Assembly: GCA_937903605.1 (NCBI GenBank)
Contig: CALCZC010000016.1
Coordinates: forward strand, 3,183 to 67,182
Length of the DNA: 64,000 nt
Direction: 5' to 3'
DNA from: an uncultured bacterium
Lineage (GTDB): Bacteria > Patescibacteriota > Patescibacteriia > Magasanikbacterales > GWA2-37-8
A program made the translations under genes and the position numbers. The notes beneath the pieces were generated by a model. That model was not told where the DNA came from. It saw nothing but the letters and a program-made list of their open reading frames with translations, and made no database searches. Shown here piece after piece: positions 7,904-16,050 of this stretch. Each line of letters opens with the position of its first letter. The stretch's first letter is position 1.

Positions 7904-8398
7904 TTATCGTTTATCCCATGATATATCTAATAAAAAGGCATCGTCCTTGGGCGACAAGGCAATGGTATATCCCTTTTTGATAAGAATATTTAAAAATTCT
8001 TGCATAATTGAACTTTGTTGAGTTTCAGAATGGATAACGACAGAATAGGAATCCCTTCCAACTGAAGCAAGATGTTTAATTTTTTCAGAAATCATCAAAC
8101 AAAGATCTATGACACCCTTTTCGTTTGCCTTAGTTGCGATTTCAAAAGATTCTTTTGCTGATTTGAGGTTTATAAGATAATTTTTCATTATTATTGCCTC
8201 CTTAATATGGTCATATGCACTTACTCTTGCTTCACTAAGTTTTTCCTTTAACCGCTCATTCTCATCTGCCATTGCCTCTGCATTGGCCATAACAACATCC
8301 CAAAGGACAGGAACAAACAAAAGATAGAAATCGCCATCTTCCTGGTCCCAAACTTCCATAGGCTTATTGTCTTTGATTTGTTTAAGATAATCGTTCAT
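7904..8398 (-). CDS. hypothetical protein
   Basis: ORF track; AAGGAG SD. Confidence 0.65.
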   Translation of the reverse strand: MNDYLKQIKDNKPMEVWDQEDGDFYLLFVPVLWDVVMANAEAMADENERLKEKLSEARVSAYDHIKEAIIMKNYLINLKSAKESFEIATKANEKGVIDLCLMISEKIKHLASVGRDSYSVVIHSETQQSSIMQEFLNILIKKGYTIALSPKDDAFLLDISWDKR

Positions 8399-8406
8399 AA
8401 TGCTCC

Positions 8407-8697
8407 TTAAATCTTAATCCTACATGAAATATAAGTTACAAATTTAGTTTTAGTATTTTTAAACCTACGAATATCAGATGCCACTGGAATGCCTATATTA
8501 TCTTTTAATAGACATTCTAAGTGCAAAGAAAGAGCCTCTCTTGCCATCCTAATGCCATGAGGCAGGCTAAGGCCATAAGTGAAGATGCCTCCACCATCTG
8601 CTTCAAGGTCAGGAAAGCGAATATAAAACCCTTGCTCCTTTCCTGCTTTGTATTCAGTAAATTCCGCTGGATAGATAAACTGTTTAGTTTTTGCCAT
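8407..8697 (-). CDS. hicB: HicB-like antitoxin domain protein (solo, no C-terminal DNA-binding domain)
   Basis: YPAxF...GFYIRFPDL...TYG......MAREAL.LHL......IP.AS signature of the HicB N-terminal domain. Confidence 0.8.
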   Translation of the reverse strand: MAKTKQFIYPAEFTEYKAGKEQGFYIRFPDLEADGGGIFTYGLSLPHGIRMAREALSLHLECLLKDNIGIPVASDIRRFKNTKTKFVTYISCRIKI

Positions 8698-8721
8698 AAG
8701 TAATCACGCTCCTTAATACTA

Positions 8722-8750
8722 ATCTTAACACATCATAAAAAGAATGTCAA
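8722..8750 (-). promoter_or_regulatory. sigmaA-type promoter of the hicB-led operon
   Basis: TTGACA-17 nt-TAAGAT with extended -10 TG. Confidence 0.75.
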
Positions 8751-9201
8751 GAAAATTCTTTTAATATTTTAATAAAGCCGAGACGAATGTAATGAGGCCG
8801 GCTAATGGGCGTAGCAGCGGAATCATTACAGTATGGCTATGCTATTCAAAACACTAATAAACACTATATTGATACTAAAATTAATTAAATGTCAAGAAAT
8901 ATTTATGCTTAATTTTTATACAGTATTTTTAAATAGATTACTGAGGGAAAAGAAAAATAAAAATATCCCCCGACATCCATGAGACGAGCGCGAGCGAGCG
9001 AATGGATGTTAAACATGATCTTACGGATAAACGGTAATGTTATTCTTTTGTGTTTTAAGAGGCATTAGTTTAAAGATTCGATAAAATGCTCATTTAAAAT
9101 ACAAAATCGTTTTTAGATACGTTTCTGATTGTTTTAGAGGCAATATAAATATTATTTCGGATATAAGTATAAGAGATATGATATATGATTATGATTGAGT
9201 T

Positions 9202-9520
9202 TATTACGTTACATAATAGTTACGTAATAATTAATTATTATTAATTATTTATTTTTATTATTATACGCCATATTATTTATTTATTAATTATAATTATTTA
9301 ATTATTACGTAACTATTTATAACGTAATATTATTATTACGTAACTGTTATTTATATATATGCGCGCGCGTATCTATAGCAAAAATAAAAAAATTGGACCT
9401 GGAGTAGGTCCAAAAAAAATGAAAAATGGACCTAAGACAGGTCACAAGGTCATCATTTTAAGGTCACAAGGTCAAAAAAAATATTAAAATTGGACCTATC
9501 TTAGGTCACAAGGTCCAATT
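9202..9520. other. putative replication origin: AT-rich inverted repeat plus iterons
   Basis: Perfect 20-bp inverted repeat 9215-9234/9298-9317 in extremely AT-rich DNA; AGGTCACAAGGTC x3 (9439, 9461, 9503); TGGACCT-N5-AGGTC x3 (9394, 9427, 9491); lies between divergent promoters. Confidence 0.55.
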
Positions 9521-9544
9521 TTTTATAAATTGTTAAAATAGTTC

Positions 9545-9573
9545 TTGACATTCAATTCGTGTTATGTTAATAT
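9545..9573 (+). promoter_or_regulatory. sigmaA-type promoter
   Basis: TTGACA-17 nt-TAATAT with extended -10 TG. Confidence 0.75.
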
Positions 9574-9595
9574 TAAAAATGGAGGAGGCGATATT

Positions 9596-9922
9596 ATGAA
9601 AAAGGAGCGACCATATTTAAGAGCAAGGGTGGATAAACATTTATTTGAGGCATTTCGTAGAAAAATCTATTTAGACAATTGCAGTGCAGCTATGGCTTTA
9701 AATTCTATTTTATCTAACTATTTTGTTTATCATCAAAAATATTTAAAACCAGAAAATTCTTATATTCCCGTTAATATACATCCATCTAATGCATTACAAT
9801 ATAAGAATTTTTATTATAACGACACAGAATATGATCCTGGTGATGGCAACAATTCGTATTTTGATGAGAATGGCAACAACGAGGGAGAAGGAGAACTGGA
9901 AGAGGGAGATAGCAATGATTAA
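9596..9922 (+). CDS. putative ribbon-helix-helix DNA-binding protein with acidic tail
   Basis: GGAGGAGG SD before ATG 9596; N-terminal YLRARVDKHLFEAF...MALNSILSNYF pattern; D/E-rich C terminus. Confidence 0.55.
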   Translation: MKKERPYLRARVDKHLFEAFRRKIYLDNCSAAMALNSILSNYFVYHQKYLKPENSYIPVNIHPSNALQYKNFYYNDTEYDPGDGNNSYFDENGNNEGEGELEEGDSND

Positions 9923-10091
9923 GCCTTTATTAAGCGATGAAATTAAGGACGATCTATTTTTGATCGAAAACTATTCTCGAATAGCAATGAGACCTGTATC
10001 TTTAGATGAAGCCAAGAAAATGGATGAAATGTTTAAAGCATATCAGAGCGATTTAAGAATGAAACTATTTTTAAAGGAGCAAACTAAATGA
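9915..10091 (+). CDS. hypothetical protein
   Basis: ORF track; start MIKPLL with GGGAG SD. Confidence 0.6.
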   Translation: MIKPLLSDEIKDDLFLIENYSRIAMRPVSLDEAKKMDEMFKAYQSDLRMKLFLKEQTK

Positions 10092-10579
10092 GACCTGAAA
10101 TCAAAAGAATGAATGAAAGATTGGGATATTTCTTACACGAATTAGATTTATGCAACGCCCATATTAATCACGCTGAGGAAGAAATAGATAGACTTAATCG
10201 TGAGTTAGCAGTTGTCCGAGAAAGCAATGATATACTAAGAGAGGCACTTAAAAAATCTGAAGAAGAAAACTCATTTTTAACCCAAACACTTAATACTGAA
10301 AACGATAGATTAGATCAAAACGAAGAATTAGAAAAAGAAAACGCAAAGCTAAGACTTAAAAATAATGCTCTTGAAAATGATATGGCCGATTTGGCATTTA
10401 GACTTAAATGGGCTATAACAGAAAATAAAGACCTTAACTTCAAGATAGAAGAAATGAACAAACTTAAATTAGGCCATTATTACTGCAAGTGTGGCGCTAT
10501 AGCGATATATCATCGTATGATAAATGGCGGAGAATATTATTGTGTTAACTGTTTTAAAAGAGATGTGGTTAAGTTATGA
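10088..10579 (+). CDS. coiled-coil protein with C-terminal Zn finger
   Basis: Heptad pattern; CKC...CVNC. Confidence 0.7.
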   Translation: MRPEIKRMNERLGYFLHELDLCNAHINHAEEEIDRLNRELAVVRESNDILREALKKSEEENSFLTQTLNTENDRLDQNEELEKENAKLRLKNNALENDMADLAFRLKWAITENKDLNFKIEEMNKLKLGHYYCKCGAIAIYHRMINGGEYYCVNCFKRDVVKL

Positions 10580-10674
10580 AAATATCTCCTCCGCCGTTTC
10601 CAGAAGTTTGGGGAGTCATATTGGGAACTATCCTGGCGTTAATACATTTAATTTATATTGAATTTGTGAGGTGA
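10576..10674 (+). CDS. 32-aa membrane peptide (MKISPPPFPEVWGVILGTILALIHLIYIEFVR)
   Basis: Manual translation; ATGA overlap; single hydrophobic helix. Confidence 0.5.
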   Translation: MKISPPPFPEVWGVILGTILALIHLIYIEFVR

Positions 10675-10680
10675 ACAATT

Positions 10681-10953
10681 CTGATTGAAACAATACGCAT
10701 AGAGCCAAGCATAAGGTCAGACCGGCCTGGATATACATTTGTAGTCAATGTAGTCAAACAGCCTCATGAGAGAGTGTGTAAAGAGGTTTTAGATGCCGGC
10801 CCATATGGAGGATTGTATCACTGCGAACAAGGGCATACAAATAAAAACACAAACAAACTAATAGATGCAATGATTGAGGCAGCAGAACAACATATTGATG
10901 AATGTAGACTGGCAATAGAGGAGTTAAGAAAGATAAGGTGCAAAAATGAATAG
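10681..10953 (+). CDS. 90-aa hypothetical protein with non-canonical CTG start
   Basis: Open frame fills the gap; GAGGTG SD 7 nt before CTG. Confidence 0.55.
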   Translation: MIETIRIEPSIRSDRPGYTFVVNVVKQPHERVCKEVLDAGPYGGLYHCEQGHTNKNTNKLIDAMIEAAEQHIDECRLAIEELRKIRCKNE

Positions 10954-11305
10954 TCTTATATCAATCGTAATAGGTTTTAATATAATGATATCACCAATGC
11001 CAGCACAAGAAACAAAGGAAGTAGAAACAGCAACACATCCAGCTATGTCAATCGAAGAATACATACAACCTATATTAGAGACGACAGGAGAGCTACAATT
11101 AGTCCCAAAGATGGGTTATGATGTTATAGAGTGTCAATCTAATATTGGTTCAGTTGAAATACAATCTCAATCAATAATAGGCGATGGATTTGAAACACAT
11201 CCATGCCCTCAGAACTATCCAGGCTGTATGGTGGTTAGATGGGAAGTAACAGAAGGAAAGATAACAACGATGTGTCACTTTCATAAAATTAAACATGAGA
11301 AATAA
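10946..11305 (+). CDS. putative exported protein
   Basis: ORF track; hydrophobic N terminus; AAGGTG SD. Confidence 0.65.
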   Translation: MNSLISIVIGFNIMISPMPAQETKEVETATHPAMSIEEYIQPILETTGELQLVPKMGYDVIECQSNIGSVEIQSQSIIGDGFETHPCPQNYPGCMVVRWEVTEGKITTMCHFHKIKHEK

Positions 11306-11314
11306 GGAGTAAAT

Positions 11315-11713
11315 ATGGGAACTAATTTCTATTTATATGTCGATGTATGCGAATGCTGTGGCCGGCCAGACCAGCAAGTGCATATTGGCAAGAGGTCAAT
11401 GGGCTGGACATTTGGTTTACAGGGATTTGCCGGACAGTGGGATTTTAGTGGCATATTTGCAAAGTTTCTTGAAGAGAATAAAATAACATCAATTAAATCC
11501 TGGGCAACATGGAAAAAGATATTTAAGAAGATGCCAAAGAATTGGTATATCGTTGATGAATATGGCAAGAGAGAAGATATAAAAGAGTTTATAAAAGAAG
11601 TGGAAGATTCGTATAAAGATAAGAAACGAAAGAATCATTCAAAGGAATATTACGATGAAAAGACATATTTAGACGATAAAGGTTATAGCATTTCAGAACA
11701 TTATTTTAGTTGA
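11315..11713 (+). CDS. conserved-looking phage hypothetical protein (MGTNFY...HIGKRS.GW.F)
   Basis: ORF track; AAGGAG SD. Confidence 0.7.
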   Translation: MGTNFYLYVDVCECCGRPDQQVHIGKRSMGWTFGLQGFAGQWDFSGIFAKFLEENKITSIKSWATWKKIFKKMPKNWYIVDEYGKREDIKEFIKEVEDSYKDKKRKNHSKEYYDEKTYLDDKGYSISEHYFS

Positions 11714-11724
11714 GAGAAATAAAG

Positions 11725-11746
11725 AAGCGCCGGAGGACCGGCGCTT
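11725..11746. terminator. bidirectional intrinsic terminator
   Basis: AAGCGCCGG-AGGA-CCGGCGCTT flanked by A- and T-rich tracts between convergent operons. Confidence 0.8.
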
Positions 11747-11759
11747 TATTCTTTTATAT

Positions 11760-11957
11760 TTATCTATTTTCTTCATCACAAGAACACAAAATAAAGTCGT
11801 TTTCTGTCCCACAATAGTATTCACATTTTAAACAGGCATCTCCAACATGTTTTAGAATGCCATCCATATTAAATGTTTGATATGGGCATATAGTTTGTAA
11901 TGGTTCTTTGAGCAAATTACTTTTAGTAAAACCTCGACGGAAGCGGAGCATTTTCAT
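11760..11957 (-). CDS. small Cys-rich protein
   Basis: ORF track; AGGAG SD. Confidence 0.65.
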   Translation of the reverse strand: MKMLRFRRGFTKSNLLKEPLQTICPYQTFNMDGILKHVGDACLKCEYYCGTENDFILCSCDEENR

Positions 11958-11959
11958 TT

Positions 11960-12241
11960 TTATCTCCTATATTTATCTCTCACATAAATATATGTTTCTG
12001 GATGATATATTTGTAAATGTGTTAAAACATCAAAAGCATTAATTGGCTTATTGCACATGCGACACCTAACAAACTCATTGTTATCTAACATCTTCATTCG
12101 AACTGCATGTGCATCTCTACATGATTGAGAACAGAACTTGGCATCTTTACGTCTACCAATAAATACATCTCTGCATTCTTCCCATTGGCATATTAGTTCT
12201 ATTGGTTTTCTTTTAGCCGATCCGCTGCCTACGCCGCCCAT
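11960..12241 (-). CDS. double zinc-finger protein
   Basis: C..EEC...AKFCSQSC and CxxC...H...H motifs. Confidence 0.7.
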   Translation of the reverse strand: MGGVGSGSAKRKPIELICQWEECRDVFIGRRKDAKFCSQSCRDAHAVRMKMLDNNEFVRCRMCNKPINAFDVLTHLQIYHPETYIYVRDKYRR

Positions 12242-12760
12242 TTAAATCTCCTTTGGATTAATAGATACTATTACTTTATTCGCTTGTATTGCTCGTTTAA
12301 CTGCATCTGCCGTACCACCTGTTTTATCTCCATTATAAACTGCCAATAAGACATCACAACGATTAATCATATATTGATTCCTATCTTGCATACAGCCATT
12401 AGAATAGGGTTTATTTGATACATGGACTATCTCATCTACTTTAGATAAAATATAAGCATATCTTTGACGGTCTACGTCGCACCAACGTGAATCTTGATTA
12501 AGACAAGGAACTGCTGCTATAAGTTTCATATTGTGGCAGGATTTCATTTCTATTATAGCTTCTGCAAATATTGTATCAACTCCAAGTGCCATGCCAGAAA
12601 TACATTCGATTCGCGTATCCGTTGGGTGGTGTTCATTCTCCCACCATATACGTACAATATCATGCATTATTATCTGTTTTAAAACAGTATATTTATGATG
12701 ATTTAAATCATATCCCCAGAGTTTATCAGGTCGATGGCCAGTGACTGATATTGAAATCAT
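12242..12760 (-). CDS. YspA/DUF1273-like SLOG family protein
   Basis: VTGHRP, SGMALGVD, RNQYM, GGT motifs. Confidence 0.85.
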   Translation of the reverse strand: MISISVTGHRPDKLWGYDLNHHKYTVLKQIIMHDIVRIWWENEHHPTDTRIECISGMALGVDTIFAEAIIEMKSCHNMKLIAAVPCLNQDSRWCDVDRQRYAYILSKVDEIVHVSNKPYSNGCMQDRNQYMINRCDVLLAVYNGDKTGGTADAVKRAIQANKVIVSINPKEI

Positions 12761-12891
12761 TCTCCCTCCTCGTTACTATCATTGCGTTCGTCTGCCTCGT
12801 TGCAACGTCCATCTTCGGCAATCGATATTTCATATGGAAATCCACATTTATTAATTATATTCCAAGAGCATTTTTTATTGTAACAAAACAT
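12757..12891 (-). CDS. 44-aa Cys-rich protein (MFCYNKKCSWNIINKCGFPYEISIAEDGRC...)
   Basis: Manual translation; start and stop overlap both neighbours. Confidence 0.6.
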   Translation of the reverse strand: MFCYNKKCSWNIINKCGFPYEISIAEDGRCNEADERNDSNEEGE

Positions 12892-13016
12892 TACTCTTCT
12901 TCTCCCATCACATCCATCTCTACTTGTGCAAAATCAATTAGTATTCCATCTTCCGCCCATGGAATAGGATATTCTATAAAAGGTAATGTAATTTGTATTG
13001 TTTTAATTAATTTCAT
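12891..13016 (-). CDS. 41-aa acidic hypothetical protein
   Basis: Manual translation; fills the gap; TAATG coupling. Confidence 0.5.
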   Translation of the reverse strand: MKLIKTIQITLPFIEYPIPWAEDGILIDFAQVEMDVMGEEE

Positions 13017-13464
13017 TGACAATTCTTGCTGCTTGTTCTTTTGTTATATTTAAATACTGACAGGCCGTATATTTAATTGGAATATCGAATGTTAATGTTT
13101 CTCCATCAACTCTAAACATTTGGACATAGAATATATCAGGCTCTGGTTTGTTCATATAAACCATTATATATTTATTCTCTGCGATATGTTCAATTTTATG
13201 ACGATAGTGGCCGGCTGCATCATTAGAATAAATATGCCATGGTGATTTTGAATTTCTTAGTTTTATCTTGCCCTCGTTTGCTATAGTCATGATATAAAAC
13301 TTATTCATTTCCTCTCCTTCTGCCGCATGTGCTACTTCAACATATTTAATGAAGAAATAGATACATAATAAAATAATACATAGGGTTATAAATATTGTTA
13401 TGGCCTCTCGCATTTTTTCTTTTTTAGTTATGCGTTTGATGTAAATCTGCTCATATGGTTTCAT
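13003..13464 (-). CDS. membrane-anchored hypothetical protein
   Basis: ORF track; N-terminal transmembrane helix. Confidence 0.65.
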   Translation of the reverse strand: MKPYEQIYIKRITKKEKMREAITIFITLCIILLCIYFFIKYVEVAHAAEGEEMNKFYIMTIANEGKIKLRNSKSPWHIYSNDAAGHYRHKIEHIAENKYIMVYMNKPEPDIFYVQMFRVDGETLTFDIPIKYTACQYLNITKEQAARIVNEIN

Positions 13465-13661
13465 TCTTTCCTCAACCTATCCTTCATATTGCTGTTTTTA
13501 TAACAATATCCATGAATAACGTCATTCACTTTATAAACTTCTTCCCTGGTCATTTCAATATCATCGGCGCATACGGAACAATAAACTGTTTCTGATTTAG
13601 ACTGAACTAACTTTTCTTTTTTAGATTTGCAAATGGGGCATGTATACTCAAATATGGGCAT
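13461..13661 (-). CDS. FmdB-family zinc ribbon protein
   Basis: MPIFEYTCxxC...CxxC; AGGAG SD before MPIFEY. Confidence 0.75.
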   Translation of the reverse strand: MPIFEYTCPICKSKKEKLVQSKSETVYCSVCADDIEMTREEVYKVNDVIHGYCYKNSNMKDRLRKE

Positions 13662-13911
13662 AAACCATCTCCTGTTCATCTAATTTGGCAAGTGTAAAGC
13701 GAAACATTTCTACATTATTAACTATAACACGTTCTAACCACATTTTCTGAGGTCTTGCCCATATGCGAGGCTCAGACATATCAGCACGGCGATATAGCAC
13801 CATTGACTCGTTTGTTTCTGAATGCGTGGCGAAACCCATAACTTCGTAGTAACAACCCTTGTAGTGTTTGTATATTTGTCCAGTTTTAATAATAGGAAGT
13901 TCAAGTTCCAT
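13648..13911 (-). CDS. DUF1653-like protein
   Basis: G.IYKHYKG..YEV...A.HSET.E.MVLY....WARP motif. Confidence 0.8.
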   Translation of the reverse strand: MELELPIIKTGQIYKHYKGCYYEVMGFATHSETNESMVLYRRADMSEPRIWARPQKMWLERVIVNNVEMFRFTLAKLDEQEMVYAHI

Positions 13912-13921
13912 AATGCCTCCG

Positions 13922-14287
13922 TTAAAATTCTTCAGTGGTATTAAAAACTATTGCGATCTCACTTGGTCTTTTATAAATAGTTTCAATCCAGAATTTATTT
14001 AATTGATTATGTTCAACGCTATTGCGTATTATGCGTTTTGTATTGCTGATGATATAGTCTTTAGTATCTGCACAGTATTCAGCTTGCCAGCCGCCATCAA
14101 ATATCTTTTTAAGTTTATCAATCCAGTGGTCAACTGTCGCGTCTAATGTATCAATATGTTTCACTTCAAATGTTTCATAGCGAGTAAGATTAGTTATGCG
14201 ATTATCATTATCTTTGAGCCATTGGTTGCATTCAATTTGGTTATTAAACACTGCATAAGGAACGCCTTCAAGAGTAAGTAATATCAT
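13922..14287 (-). CDS. hypothetical protein
   Basis: ORF track; ATGA coupling. Confidence 0.65.
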   Translation of the reverse strand: MILLTLEGVPYAVFNNQIECNQWLKDNDNRITNLTRYETFEVKHIDTLDATVDHWIDKLKKIFDGGWQAEYCADTKDYIISNTKRIIRNSVEHNQLNKFWIETIYKRPSEIAIVFNTTEEF

Positions 14288-14460
14288 TTCATCAACTCTC
14301 TTTCAGTAATCCAATATACCATTCCATCTTTTTTTTTTTCTTTTCTTTTTTCGATATATTCTCGTGCTGCTTTTCTTGTTTTAAATGCATGATCTAATTT
14401 GCCGTGATTGCCACTTAAAAATAGAAAATCTTCTTCCTTCATTATAAGATATATTTTCAT
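14284..14460 (-). CDS. small hypothetical protein (MKIYLIMK...)
   Basis: GAGGTG SD before ATG 14460. Confidence 0.65.
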   Translation of the reverse strand: MKIYLIMKEEDFLFLSGNHGKLDHAFKTRKAAREYIEKRKEKKKDGMVYWITERELMK

Positions 14461-14461
14461 T

Positions 14462-14596
14462 TTAGAAAAGCACCTCGTATTCATTAATATAAAATATAAT
14501 TGGTGATTCTTTAATAAATATCTCTGCAGTTTCTTTCGTAGCACAAACCGCTAATATGTCCTGCCAAATATTTGTAACAATCCATACTTTATTCAT
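14462..14596 (-). CDS. 44-aa hypothetical protein (MNKVWIVTNIWQDILAVCATKETAEIFIK...)
   Basis: Manual translation; GGTGA SD; fills the gap. Confidence 0.6.
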   Translation of the reverse strand: MNKVWIVTNIWQDILAVCATKETAEIFIKESPIIFYINEYEVLF

Positions 14597-14805
14597 TTCA
14601 TCACCGCCACTATAGGATCTATTGTTGCATAAATCGATAAGCCGGCCATCTTACATTCAGGACATTCATAATCTTCCCAGAAGTGTTTATCTGGCGTATG
14701 CGGATTTGTTTTAACTACTATCCTGTATAAACATCCACAATGACTACAGGCCGTTTCTATATGCCCAAGTTTAGATTTGCCAAGATAATTATTTATTGTC
14801 TTCAT
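14593..14805 (-). CDS. zinc-ribbon protein
   Basis: CSHC...CPEC; GGTGG SD. Confidence 0.65.
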   Translation of the reverse strand: MKTINNYLGKSKLGHIETACSHCGCLYRIVVKTNPHTPDKHFWEDYECPECKMAGLSIYATIDPIVAVMK

Positions 14806-15259
14806 CACGCACCACCGTCTCTTTGGACGCTTGGTCATAGAATATCTTGGCCTTGTCTGCGAAGTATTTAGCTATTGGCATCCAGAAAGTAATTATTGTT
14901 GCCTGTTCTATTGGAAGAGAAATGTCCTGCAACGAATCGATTAATATAATTAGCGTTGCCATAGGTCTATCCATAACAGGAACATCAAGCAAGTGAATAG
15001 TTTCTAACGATTTGATATGTTCCGCGCGGCGCAATGCAAACATTTGATATGCTTGGGTGGCAACACATAAATCTGATATTGCCTTTAACTCATTATAGAA
15101 TTCCATAAAATTATAGGTTTTGCTGTTGCTTCTGTAATTATCGGGGAAGTCTATTATCTTATTAAGAAATGTTTCTGTTAGTGCCATATAATCAGGCATG
15201 GGCCTATTATCTTCTTGGGGCTGGATGACTTCTAACGGGTAACTCTGTTTCTTTTCCAT
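14789..15259 (-). CDS. hypothetical protein
   Basis: ORF track; AAGGAG SD; follows a promoter. Confidence 0.7.
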   Translation of the reverse strand: MEKKQSYPLEVIQPQEDNRPMPDYMALTETFLNKIIDFPDNYRSNSKTYNFMEFYNELKAISDLCVATQAYQMFALRRAEHIKSLETIHLLDVPVMDRPMATLIILIDSLQDISLPIEQATIITFWMPIAKYFADKAKIFYDQASKETVVRDEDNK

Positions 15260-15287
15260 ATCTGCTCCTTTTTATATTCTTAATCTC

Positions 15288-15316
15288 ATTTTAACATATA
15301 CTATTTTGAATGTCAA
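15288..15316 (-). promoter_or_regulatory. sigmaA-type promoter
   Basis: TTGACA-17 nt-TAAAAT with extended -10 TG. Confidence 0.8.
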
Positions 15317-15341
15317 GAACTATTTTTAACTTTCTGGAAAT

Positions 15342-15370
15342 AAAAAATAGGCCCACTAGGAGAGCCTATT
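15342..15370 (-). terminator. intrinsic terminator ending the ncRNA/tRNA operon
   Basis: AATAGGC...GCCTATT stem followed by a U run on the minus strand. Confidence 0.65.
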
Positions 15371-15401
15371 AGTCGGGCATTTACTCGGACATTATGTCCT
15401 A

Positions 15402-15563
15402 TTAGTTTTTATGCAGAAATTCCATGATAAGCATACGAGTGAGGGTGCCAACGCCAACGCCTTTATCATCTGCTATCTTCTCGAATTTAGCATAATCTTC
15501 GTTCTTCAGTTTAGTAGAGAACTGTTTATCTACTTTCAGAAGAGGGTCGATTTTCTTATTCAT
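15402..15563 (-). CDS. CopG/RHH-like DNA-binding protein (53 aa)
   Basis: AAGGTGGTG SD; QFSTKL...FEKIA..KG...TL.RMLI.EFL pattern. Confidence 0.7.
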   Translation of the reverse strand: MNKKIDPLLKVDKQFSTKLKNEDYAKFEKIADDKGVGVGTLTRMLIMEFLHKN

Positions 15564-15590
15564 ATCACACCACCTTTTGTTTTGTTTTAA

Positions 15591-15664
15591 TCCGAATTGC
15601 CCGACTTGAACGGGCGGCCTCCTGGACCCAAACCAGGCGCTCTGGCCAACTGAGCTAAATTCGG
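15591..15664 (-). tRNA. tRNA-Pro(UGG)
   Basis: Full cloverleaf: CCGAATT/AATTCGG acceptor, GCTC/GAGC D-stem, CCTGG-TTTGGGT-CCAGG anticodon arm, GCCCG-TTCAAGT-CGGGC T-arm; no encoded CCA. Confidence 0.92.
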
Positions 15665-15761
15665 GCAATAGGTCCAATAAATATCTGCAAACATTTATCA
15701 GTAAATATTTATAAGTTTGCGAAGGAGGGCAAACAAATTATAAATAACCCTATTTTAAGTT

Positions 15762-15843
15762 TGGTCGAGGGGCCAAGACGACTACTCTTGGCTTCTAACA
15801 AGAGCTACTTGTTCGCATTCACATGTCTTTATGCTACTCCTCG
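15762..15843 (-). ncRNA. tRNA-like cloverleaf RNA with encoded CCA and non-canonical loops
   Basis: CGAGGAG/CCCCTCG acceptor plus ACCA; GCAT/ATGC D-stem; AACAA-GTAGCTC-TTGTT; CCAAGA-GTAGTCG-TCTTGG; lacks the D-loop GG and T-loop TTC. Confidence 0.65.
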
Positions 15844-15853
15844 ATTTTTAAAG

Positions 15854-15894
15854 CAAGCGCGGCTGGAATCGGACCAACATTGGAGGAACCAAAA
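15854..15894 (-). tRNA. 3' half of IS-interrupted tRNA-Gln(UUG)
   Basis: TTTTGGT-TCCTC-CAAT-GTTGG-TCCGATT-CCAGC-CGCGCTT-G; pairs with the 5' half at 17189-17218. Confidence 0.8.
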
Positions 15895-16050
15895 CCGTCC
15901 CATCAAACTTATGAAAATCGTTTTAAGTGACTTTCTGTTGATTTCGCACTTCATCCAGACTGCGGTTGGACTCCATAGGATTCTCTCGTCTTACATTCTG
16001 TCCATGCGCGTTAATTCCCGTAGAACTTACGGTATAGTAATCCCTTATAT
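15895..16050 (-). ncRNA. putative TnpB omegaRNA scaffold (overlaps the tnpB 3' end)
   Basis: TACCGTAAGTTCTACGGGAATTAACGC...GATGAAG right-end pattern typical of tnpB elements. Confidence 0.6.

Noticed and set aside
8866-8895. Second leftward promoter at TTGACA 8890-8895
   Set aside because: No acceptable -10 at 16-18 nt spacing.
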